Below, piece after piece: positions 1 through 9,230 of a DNA stretch of 64,000 nucleotides. The DNA is from Spongospora subterranea f. sp. subterranea (Eukaryota). Position numbers and translations under genes: made by a program. The notes beneath the pieces are model-generated. The model was not told the origin of the DNA, ran no database searches, and was given only the letters and a program-made list of their open reading frames with translations. How positions within the stretch are numbered: the first letter of the stretch is position 1; every line of letters begins with the position of its first letter. The stretch covers positions 1 through 64,000 of the forward strand of contig JAUGWO010000088.1 in assembly GCA_049724395.1 (NCBI GenBank). The letters are read 5' to 3'.

Positions 1-22
1 CATTTGCTCTTAAGGTTGCCCC

Positions 23-3000
23 TCAATACTTGATTGTGTCTGTTGTTTTGATTTTATGCTCGTTGACAGTTATTTGGTCTCTATGAGCATGTTCATTGAA
101 TAATAAGTGGGTTTTCAGCCATTGTATCTTAATGTGGTTTGCTGTGCACCAGCTTTGCAGCTTTGAACTCTCTGCCCTCAGTTGATTTTTTACTTCCCAT
201 TTGGTTGAATCTGTTGCCCATTGTGTGGTATCATCTACATAAACATTACTATTGACCGTTTCTATTGGTGCATCGTAGATATATATAATCCATAATAAGA
301 CGCTAATACTGGATCCTTGAGGGATTCCGTTCTCTTGATAATGCGGCTCTGTAATATTTTTCCTGTGGCACACGTGGAATATTCGCTTTGTCAACCATTG
401 GTCGATCAATAATATTAGGTATGAGTCTATTCCCATATTTCTCATCTTTCGTACTAGTAGTGTTCTCTGTACTCTGTCAAAGGCTTTCATAAAGTCATAT
501 ACAATTAGGGCGAATTGTTGTTCTTTAGCAGCTGCTAATCCTGCATTATGCAGCAATCTTAACAATGCATGCGTAGTACTATGAGCGGGTCTGCACCCGA
601 ATTGGTTATCAGGTATGTGCTTTTCCGCTTGGTGTCTTATTCTGTGTTCAATAATCCCTTCTACCAGTTTGGCTATATTAGGCAATAATGATATCGGTCT
701 ATATTCACCTGGTTTATCTTTAGGTAATGGTCTGATTTTCGCTATTTTCATATCTTGTGGGAAGTATCCTAAATCTATAATATCGTTATTAATTGAATTC
801 AGCAACGCGTATTTGTTCATATCATTTTTGCATAATTCTTTGATGAGACTATTCGGTATTCCATCAATTCCTCCTGCTGATTTCCTATTGGCCTTAACAA
901 CTGCCCTTTCTAGCTCTCTCAAAGTAATCTTTTCCGGTGGTTGAGAGATTCTCTCTTTCCATAGTTTTTCAATGAGTAGATCGTGTTCACGCTGTTCATG
1001 CTCATTGAGGTTAAGGTCTGCTTCGCTGTAGATTGCCTCAAAACTGTCAGCTATTTTTTCCGCTTCATCTTTTGCATCAACTTTCTGTGTTTCGTACTTT
1101 CGTCTCCGTTTGTTGGTTTTAGGACTTATCTTCTTTACCAGGCTCCATATTTTGGCTCCTGTTTCGTCCATACATGCCTGTTTAACTTCCGTTCTAAGGC
1201 TTGCATTTTTCGCTTTCTGAAATTGTTTCCTCAATGATATTTCCGCTTTTCGCATTTCGGTGTGCTGCCGTGCAATAAATTGCTGGCTTTTGCATTTCAG
1301 TATGGCTTCCTGGTGTTTGCGCTTGAGTTTATTTCGCAAGTTTAACGCAATTTTGAGTTTCGTGGTCCAGAATTTGCATCTATTCTGTCTAACATATTTG
1401 TGCTTAATGCTATTTTGCAATAGGTCAATGAAAGCTGTTAGTCCCATGTTCTTGCTTTCAACATTCTGCAGTTCCTCTTCTAACGCTTTCGTTGTCGCTC
1501 GTGTGTCAATTCGTTGTATTCTTTTACGGCTAGGGGGAATCCTTTGCGTCGATTTTCTTCTAATTGTAGTATCTATTGTTGTCGGTGAATGGTCACTGCC
1601 TAGCTCTGCGTGCACGTCCCATTGTAAGATCTCCTTTGCCATCTGTCGATTGGCAATGGTGATATCTAATGAGTTGTTTCCTCTTGTTGGGCGTTCCGGG
1701 TTGTTCATCAATTTGCATTCTTCCAATATGCTGTCTAGGTATTTGTGAGTTTCGTCATGGTGGATTCCAAACCGTCTATCTTTGGTGTTGAGGTCACCTG
1801 TTAGAAGTATCGGTTCATCTCGCATTTCTACGAATTTGCCGATTTGTTTCCAATATGTTTTTCTAGTATTTCGATCTATATCCGGTGGTATATATATGTG
1901 AATTAATATCATTTCACTATATATTTTTACTATTTGTGTCATGATTCCGTCGTTCCCAAACGTTTGTATTGCAGGAATGCGCATCACATCTACATTTACA
2001 TGGTCCCTCCAAAAAATTCCAGCTTGGGTGTACCGGTCATCGGCTTCGTGGTTTGGGAAATCGTCTACTTGGCGTCTATGGTGAAGTTCTGATATACATA
2101 TTACATCGACGCGGTTGGTGTTAGCAAATCGAGACAGTTCTTTTGATTTTTGTTCGCTTAGGGAGCAGGCGTTCCATTGAGCGATTTTTAAGCTCCTGGT
2201 TGTTCTTATTTTTTTGGTTTTGGTATTGGTTTTCATGAAATATTGAGTTATTTTCATCTGCCGTTTGTGTGTTTTAGTTCCGTTCAGGTTTTTGTCCGAT
2301 GTGTCTGCTATATTGTCTTCCTTGTTGTCTGGTTCTAGTATATTTCCGATCAATTTGGTGAGTTCGTAGTGGCTCATCTGGCTTGTTGGTGTCTGTTTTG
2401 AGGCTGTTTTTCGCGCTGTTTCATTGTCTGCAACTTCTTTGCATTGGCGCTCGCTGTTGGTAAGCCGTCTTTTATACTGCGTTTCAGTGCCGTCCTTATC
2501 TATCAGCAATGTTCGCTTTTTTGTGCAGATTTGTTTAGAGTGCGTTTGATGTTTTTCATATTTGGCACGTTGAGTGGGTTGGTCGTCGGAATCGTCGCAT
2601 GATCGGTGCCTTTTCGGATTTATGTTTTTATCGTGTCTCATCGTTTTGTCTAGCGATGGTTTTATCATAAATTGCTGTTTGGAATTATCATTTCTAACAT
2701 TTTGCGTTGCTGAGCTGTCTGTTTTGTTTGATAATTTGTACTGATCAATGTAAAGGTCGCATTTGTCTGGTGTCATCATACCGCTATTATTCCATTCACT
2801 AGCCGTTGTTTCTATAGGGAAAAGGGTCCCATAATGGTTCAAGTCTTGATGTCTCATTGGTGTTGATGGTTTCCCATGCTTGTGATGTAACAAGTAAATT
2901 GTTTTGGTCCATGGTGTTACATCACGTGACTTTGGTAACGTGTTCTCTATCCATTTCTGTATATCTGTTATGAGCGTTGGATTCGTCTGACTTACTACTA

Positions 3001-4267
3001 TTATGTTCATTTTAAATTTGTATGCAGCTATGGTGAGTTCGAACAACCCTCCCCATTGTCTATCGATACTCATTATATTCAGATATTCATCCAATCCTAT
3101 GCTGTCATTGTTTGGCAGCGATCCTATATAGGGTTTTAATTTTTTAGCAATGGTTCTTCCTTGCTCAGGATTTCTAGCGAATTCACATATTTCCTTTCGT
3201 AGGTTTTGCACTGTCATATTCGGGATCGCTCCTGATGCTCTGATCGCCTCGAAAGCGCAGTTTCCTATTCCGATGACATCTCTAAATACGTATTTCGTAT
3301 TCTTTATCTCCACCATGCATGATGTATGGAGTCCTTTGCTGTTTCCGCCACTGTATGGTGTTGATTGTTCCAGTGTTTTGTTTTCACTTGTTTTCCATAC
3401 TTTGCTGTTATTTGGTTTTTTCCCACGTTTTACATTCAACCACACCCTAATTGGAAACAATTTTACCATGTTCCAATTCCAGGTATCGAGTGATGCGAAG
3501 AATTGGTTGTCGCAGGGGACGGCATCTAATTTCGGGGTGCAATATAAGATCTTGGCCTTCCTGTATAATGAAACAAACCACAATCTGCCAGTCTTTGTGT
3601 ACTCCTTCTTTGAGAGCGACACTGGCACGTATAGTATGCCGATTCCCCTAATACAACGGCCTTTAGTCATCTGTGGGACGTTACTTATTGTGGATTCGTT
3701 CATTGTGCTGATATTATTTGTCACGTCTGCATTCATTATCCCTATGTAATTTTGTCGTAGTGTTGTCTTAATTGTTTTACTTTTGTCAGTATTATGTGTT
3801 TCATTAATGTTTTGTGTCCTCTTATGTGTGTTGCTCTTACTTCTGTGCGTTTGTATGTCATTATTATTAGGAGCATTATTCCGTGTTTTTGTTGTTGTCG
3901 TTCGCTTATGCTTCCACCAAAAAGTGCAATTACTTGGCGTGTATACTGTTCCTGTCAAAGTCTTGTTAATAGTTGTTGATGTTAATTGTGGCCCTTGTTT
4001 GGCCCTGTTAATGGGACCATATTTCGTCTTAACCAGTAGTTTCCACCAAATGACGGCATTGTACTTCCAGTATAGTTTCAGTGTCACTAGTGTTCCTTTT
4101 GGCCATTGCCACCTATAAATGGTTTTATTGTCAGATTGCCACCAATTAATGGTCGTGTTGTCAGTTTGCCACCAATAAATGGTGGTATTGTCGGATTGCC
4201 ACCAAAGAATGGTACTATTGTCGGATAGCCACCAGTAAATGGTAGTATTGTCGGTTGAGTCATTCAT
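23..4267 (-). CDS. LINE polyprotein: N-terminal 10-aa repeats, OTU-like cysteine protease (~2815-3295), APE endonuclease (~1570-2195), reverse transcriptase (~23-900); premature TGA at the KYLG motif
   Basis: OTU-like motifs VIGIGNCAFEAI...LRKEICEF...YLNIMSIDRQWGGLFEL...IYLLHH...NHYGTL. Start at ATG 4267 is inferred; the ORF-track extension to 4651 runs into antisense gypsy DNA. Confidence 0.85.
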   Translation of the reverse strand: MNDSTDNTTIYWWLSDNSTILWWQSDNTTIYWWQTDNTTINWWQSDNKTIYRWQWPKGTLVTLKLYWKYNAVIWWKLLVKTKYGPINRAKQGPQLTSTTINKTLTGTVYTPSNCTFWWKHKRTTTTKTRNNAPNNNDIQTHRSKSNTHKRTQNINETHNTDKSKTIKTTLRQNYIGIMNADVTNNISTMNESTISNVPQMTKGRCIRGIGILYVPVSLSKKEYTKTGRLWFVSLYRKAKILYCTPKLDAVPCDNQFFASLDTWNWNMVKLFPIRVWLNVKRGKKPNNSKVWKTSENKTLEQSTPYSGGNSKGLHTSCMVEIKNTKYVFRDVIGIGNCAFEAIRASGAIPNMTVQNLRKEICEFARNPEQGRTIAKKLKPYIGSLPNNDSIGLDEYLNIMSIDRQWGGLFELTIAAYKFKMNIIVVSQTNPTLITDIQKWIENTLPKSRDVTPWTKTIYLLHHKHGKPSTPMRHQDLNHYGTLFPIETTASEWNNSGMMTPDKCDLYIDQYKLSNKTDSSATQNVRNDNSKQQFMIKPSLDKTMRHDKNINPKRHRSCDDSDDQPTQRAKYEKHQTHSKQICTKKRTLLIDKDGTETQYKRRLTNSERQCKEVADNETARKTASKQTPTSQMSHYELTKLIGNILEPDNKEDNIADTSDKNLNGTKTHKRQMKITQYFMKTNTKTKKIRTTRSLKIAQWNACSLSEQKSKELSRFANTNRVDVICISELHHRRQVDDFPNHEADDRYTQAGIFWRDHVNVDVMRIPAIQTFGNDGIMTQIVKIYSEMILIHIYIPPDIDRNTRKTYWKQIGKFVEMRDEPILLTGDLNTKDRRFGIHHDETHKYLDSILEECKLMNNPERPTRGNNSLDITIANRQMAKEILQWDVHAELGSDHSPTTIDTTIRRKSTQRIPPSRKRIQRIDTRATTKALEEELQNVESKNMGLTAFIDLLQNSIKHKYVRQNRCKFWTTKLKIALNLRNKLKRKHQEAILKCKSQQFIARQHTEMRKAEISLRKQFQKAKNASLRTEVKQACMDETGAKIWSLVKKISPKTNKRRRKYETQKVDAKDEAEKIADSFEAIYSEADLNLNEHEQREHDLLIEKLWKERISQPPEKITLRELERAVVKANRKSAGGIDGIPNSLIKELCKNDMNKYALLNSINNDIIDLGYFPQDMKIAKIRPLPKDKPGEYRPISLLPNIAKLVEGIIEHRIRHQAEKHIPDNQFGCRPAHSTTHALLRLLHNAGLAAAKEQQFALIVYDFMKAFDRVQRTLLVRKMRNMGIDSYLILLIDQWLTKRIFHVCHRKNITEPHYQENGIPQGSSISVLLWIIYIYDAPIETVNSNVYVDDTTQWATDSTKWEVKNQLRAESSKLQSWCTANHIKIQWLKTHLLFNEHAHRDQITVNEHKIKTTDTIKY
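4109..4258 (-). repeat. Five tandem 30-bp units at the start of the LINE ORF
   Basis: Minus-strand unit ~CAATCCGACAATACCACCATTTATTGGTGG repeated 5 times with substitutions; encodes SDNTTIYWWQ-like repeats in the long frame. Confidence 0.9.
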
Positions 4268-4639
4268 ACAGCACCGACTTCTAATAATTTTTCTGTCAGT
4301 AAAGTACCGACTTCCAAAATATTTTCCGTCAGTGCAGGAATTGACAACAAGGACCTGTCCGCTCATCTCATACCAATGATAAGTATTCAATGAACGGCGA
4401 GAACAGCTTTTGACGGCTGTTCTAAAATTTGGCCCGCTCTGAAGACTCAGAGGAAATTGGGAGTGCAGCTGACACTTCAGAGTTCTAGTCATCGTCAGGA
4501 AGACTACCCCGCCAGGCATCCCTAGACTGTCACCCTTGGTGCCAGCCGACTCCCCACCACCAGCAACACGATCGATCGCCGCCAGCATCTCGTCGATTCG
4601 TGACTTGCGCAGTTGATTGCGGAGTGACGGCACCAATCC

Positions 4640-7600
4640 CAATCCACCCAACTACATTGTTTAATCGACAGTGGTGCGTCCTCTGCTTTTATCGACGCCA
4701 CATTTGCCGAACGAAACAGCATCCCTCTCGTCCGACTTCCTAGACCGTTATCTGTTGAAGTTATCGATGGTCGCAGACTCTCTTCTATTACCCATCGAAC
4801 ATTGCCACTACGACTAGAGATCTCGGGCATCAAATCATTGACCAGTCTTTATGTCATTGAACGGGCTTACTATCCCATTATACTGGGGATGTCATGGCTT
4901 CACGAACTAAACCCACAGATTGATTGGAAGGCCCGTACAATCACCCCCACGTTTTCCTATTACCGACAAGAGTGCCCACCTGTATACCGATAGGCCATGG
5001 CAACACAATATATATTCGGCAACAATGACATCGAAAGCGAATGCAGCCTTACTTCCCCACAAGTATGGCGAATTCCAGGACGTGTTCGAGAAGAAAAACG
5101 CTGACCGACTGCCCCCACATCGCACATATGATTGCGCCATCAACTTTAAAGAGGAGACTGGCCCGCTGCCATACAGGAAGGTCTACAAACTCGGCCAGAC
5201 CGAACAAAAAGTTTTGCGCCAGTACATCGAAGACAACCTCAAGAAAGGATTCATTCGCCACTCCAAATCACCGTTGGGATCACCAATACTCTTTGTAAAG
5301 AAGAAGGACAACAGCCTCCGACTGTGCGTCGACTACCGCGATGTCAACAATATAACCAAGAAGGAGCCTTATCCAATTCCTGCTATCCAAAATATTTTAG
5401 CCCAACTGTCTTCTGCCAAAATATTCACGAAGATCGATCTACGAGGCGCTTACAACCTACTCCGAATCAAGGACGGCGACGAGTGGAAGACTGCATGGTG
5501 TTGCAAATATGGAAATTTCGAGTATACGGTAATGCCGTTTGGGCTAATGAACGCTCCCGGTTATTTTCAGAGGTTGATGAACGACGTCCTCCGTGAATAC
5601 CTCGACAAATTTGTGGTTGTTTACCTCGACGACATTTTGATCTACTCGGAGAGCGCGCCGCAGCACGACGGTAATGTTCGATTAGTACTTTCCAAGTTGC
5701 GTTCAGCTGGTTTATTTGCAAAACTGGAAAAATGCGTGTTCGACGCTCAGGAAGTCGAATTCCTCGGTTATCTGGTCACCGACAGCAGCATCAAGATGGA
5801 CCCAAGTAAGGTGGAGACTATTCTCGATTGGGCGACACCTTCAACAGTCAAGGACGTCCAAAGTTTCCTAGGCTTTGCTAATTTCTACAGGGAGTTCATC
5901 GTAGATTTCGCCAAAATATCTTCACCTTTGACGTCTCTGACGAAAAAAGATCAACCATTTGGTTGGTCGGCCGCGGCCGAGTCCGCGTTCGTGACCCTGA
6001 AACGAGCGTTCACCACAGCGCCTGTTATGAAACATTTTGACCCTATCTTACCTATCATTATTGAGACCGATGCGTCAGACTTCGCCCTCGGCGCCGTGAT
6101 TTCGCAACCGCAAATGGACGGTAAATTACATCCTATTGCGTTCTATTCGAGAAAATTAACAGTTTCGGAATTGAACTACGATGTCCATGACAAAGAACTA
6201 CTCGCGATCGTGGTAGCGTTTCAAGTGTGGAGACATTTTTTAGAAGGAGCACAGCACAAAATCATCGTGTACAGCGACCACAAGAATTTGATTTATTTTA
6301 CCTCGTCCAAGACTCTCAGTCGCCGACAAGCTCGTTGGTCATTAATGCTCGCTGAATATCCGTTCGTCATCGTGCACCGACCTGATAGTCAATCAGGAAA
6401 ACCAGATGCGTTGTCGCGGCGTCCCGAATACGAAATTCAACCAACCGACCCTATCTGGAAGGTGCAGCGAAGATCTATACTTCAACCGGATCAGCTCTTA
6501 CCTACTCCTGCAGCTACATTATGTGCCACGATGATTAACCCTTCTCAATCGATCGAGGAGCGTATCAAACTTAACCAGCAGTCGGACACCTTCGTCCAGG
6601 ATATCATTTCAAGGCTTCCTGTGACAAGTTTTCGACTCGACAACGGCATCCTCTACAAAGAGCAATCGCTGGTAGTGGTGGGAGAAGATTGTAAACTGGA
6701 CATATTGAAGGCACGTCACGATGCCCCAGCGAGTGGTCATTTCGGTATTTCTAAGACACTTAACTCAGTACGACGTACCTACTGGTGGCCCGGAATGTCC
6801 AAGTATATTAAAAGGTATGTTATCTCCTGTGACACATGTGCTAGAGCAAAGTCCAGTCGCCATCAACCGCACGGTCTACTCTGCCCTTTACCGATCGCAG
6901 AGGACATTTGGCGCTCGATTACCATGGACTTCATTGTTCAATTGCCGAAGTCTCGGGGGCACGATTCTATCCTGGTGGTGGTAGATCGTTTCTCCAAAAT
7001 GAGCCATTTTATTCCTTGCACCGAATCGATAAATGGGGCAGGTCTCGCCGATTTGCTCTTGACGAATGTTTTCAAATTACATGGGTTGCCCGACGAGATC
7101 ATTTCCGATCGCGGACCCCAGTTCGTCTCGAAATTCTGGAAACACCTGTTCGCTCGCTTCAAGATTGATCGCAAACTGTCCTGATCGCGACACCCCCAGA
7201 CGGATGGGCAGACAGAAACACTAAATCAAGTGTTGGAACAGTACTTGCGCTGTTACATTAATTTCCAACAAAACAACTGGGTGGATTTGTTACCAGTTGC
7301 TGAATTCGCTGACAATAACGCAGAACATTCGGCGACAAAGATGACGCCATTTTATGCGATCTATGGTTCTCACCCCCGTTTCGACGACGCCACATCGTGT
7401 TCAGTTGCGACTCTTCCATCGGCTGATGAACGAGTAAACCACATCAATGAAGTTCGGATGTTCCTCAAGGCAGAACTACAACGCGCGGTTCGAGATATGA
7501 AACATTTCGCTGATAAGAAACGACTACCTCACCCGAACTACAAGGTTGGCGATAAGGTTTGGTTGAAATCGGAGGGTATTTCATCTGGCCGTCCTAGTTC

Positions 7601-8009
7601 TAAGCTGAGTAGTCGAAGATTTGGGCCGTACTCCATTACAGAGATGATCAACCCAGTGACCTACCGTTTATCCCTATCACATGACAGTCGGCTCCACAAC
7701 GCATTCCATGTTGCACTACTGTCCCCACACAAGGAGAACGAGATCCCAGAGCGCGTTCAATCTCCACCTCCGCCTATTATCCTTGACTCTGACCACAAGG
7801 ACCCATTATATATTGTCAATGAGGTACTGGACTCTCGTTGGTATAGAAATCAATTGCAGTATCTCCTCGATTGGGAAGGGTATCCGCCGTCAGAGCGATC
7901 GTGGGAGCCCGCACGTAACCTTGGTTCCACACCGGCCTTAAAGGAAACGATTCGTCGGTTTCATGTGGATTACCCGTCCAAGCCGGGCCCTGGCTTAAGG
8001 AGGGGGTGA
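4640..8009 (+). pseudogene. Gypsy pol (PR-RT-RH-IN-chromodomain) with one frameshift (~4940-4990) and one in-frame stop (7182-7184)
   Basis: Protease is in the 4802 frame and RT in the 4920 frame. KLS*SRHPQTDGQTE continues in frame into ORF 7230-8009. Confidence 0.9.
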
Positions 8010-8173
8010 TGTTAGGAACACTCCCATATATTCCTAACATTCGCGGCTTCGCCGCAGTTCCGCCGCAGTTTTCCGACAAGAATGACCTCTGGCTGGTCAT
8101 TCTTGTCAACTCTTTGCTTCGCCTGTATTAATACACACGTGATTATATCAGAGGATCTGTTCGTCCCATAACA
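8010..8173 (+). repeat. Putative 3' LTR (164 bp)
   Basis: Follows polypurine tract AAGGAGGGGG (~7997-8006); begins TGTTA and ends TAACA. Confidence 0.75.
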
Positions 8174-8599
8174 TGTCAACGTTGCCTTCACTCTGGATTC
8201 GACGTATTTCACGGTCATTGATGGCCTAGATAATCTTCTGTTCCCATATCCAAGATACAAAGTTGCAGATTATGTGCTGGCTGTAAGTGGAGGGGTTGCT
8301 ATGGCAAGCATAAGGACAAAGGTGTACTACTTGTAATGGAATATCACGGATAATCAGAGGTCGGACATCTTCAATCCATTCGGTGCTCATAATGACTGCC
8401 GAAACTGGAAGGAACGCTGGAATTGATCCAACGTTGAAGTGTGCGGTGAACATTGTCGATTTGGTGGTGCTTTCTGAGACCCTACACTATATCCTCATTG
8501 CATTCACCAGCTTCCAACTTCCTCTGTGCGATTTATAAAACGACTTGGTTCTGCAACTGCGGACAACTCTCGACGAAAAACGCTAGCCTCGACGACGAA

Positions 8600-9230
8600 A
8601 GTAATCGACGAGTGAATTGAAATACAACCATGCAAAAAAAATAAATGCTGTCGCACGATGGCGGTTCTCGGATTCCCTAGGAAAGGGCCTCACCAAATTG
8701 TCCGAGTTGTGAATCACTACGTGGATGAAGTTCGTGATCTGGTTATTAATAGTGTATCGACAGTTCACGTTTATCGGATGAGGTTTTTCGTCGATTCGTT
8801 GCTGGAGGTGACTGAAGAACTCGTGGCCCAGGTGGCTTTTGATGGCGAAGGTTACAATATGGACAAATTCTTAGAGGGTCGGTGGAACGAAAGTTCACTC
8901 TGTTATGAAGTTTTTTCGTAGTGTGGCAAGGTTTGACACAGCGAACAATTCATGGGAACCCCTCGTGACATTACATAATCAAGCTCCTGTTTTTGTTGTC
9001 AGAGAGCTAAAGAGATCAAAAGTCATGTTCTTTGCAAAGATGCTCAACTTCTACGCCACGAGTCGGGGGGAGGCAATATGGCGCTGATTAGCGCTTAGCG
9101 CCATGTATTATGATCATGGTGAGCCCGGGCGGAATTGTAATAAAAACATTGTCTATTGGCCTATCTGGTTTCCACAGCGGGTCCTCGCCCGCTGCTCTAG
9201 TAAACCGGTAGTTTCGCATACATACTTCTT
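8600..9230 (+). mobile_element. Decayed second Ty3/gypsy 3' end (integrase C-terminus, chromodomain, PPT, probable LTR remnant)
   Basis: GPHQIVRVVNHY..EVRDL...VHVYRMRFF, then chromodomain-like FDTANNSWEPLVTL; purine tract GGGGGGAGG at 9065-9073. Confidence 0.7.

Larger units (their letters stand above)
1..4485 (-). mobile_element. Non-LTR retrotransposon (LINE, APE-type), 3' part runs off the left window edge
   Basis: Long ORF with APE motifs (IAQWNACSL, ICISE, IYIPP, LTGDLN, LDIT, SDH) and RT motifs (YRPISLL, QFGCRP, YDFMKAFD, GIPQGS, YVDD). Sense strand strongly A-rich, with an abrupt compositional switch to gypsy-like sequence near 4485-4495. Boundary approximate. Confidence 0.93.
4490..8173 (+). 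mobile_element. Ty3/gypsy LTR retrotransposon (chromovirus type): pol plus 3' LTR, interrupted upstream by the LINE
   Basis: Protease LIDSGASSAFID (~4660) and IILGMSWL; RT LCVDYR, KIDLRGAY, MPFGLMNAP, VYLDDILI; RNase H ETDASDFALG, DKELLAI, DHKNL; integrase H..GH..CDTC, MDF, SDRGPQF; chromodomain YLLDWEGYPPSERSWEP; PPT then TG..CA LTR. Confidence 0.96.

Noticed and set aside
4490..4651. N-terminal ~55 aa of the 1542-aa ORF
   Set aside because: It lies on the antisense strand of gypsy sequence with different base composition; a chance open-frame extension across the insertion junction.
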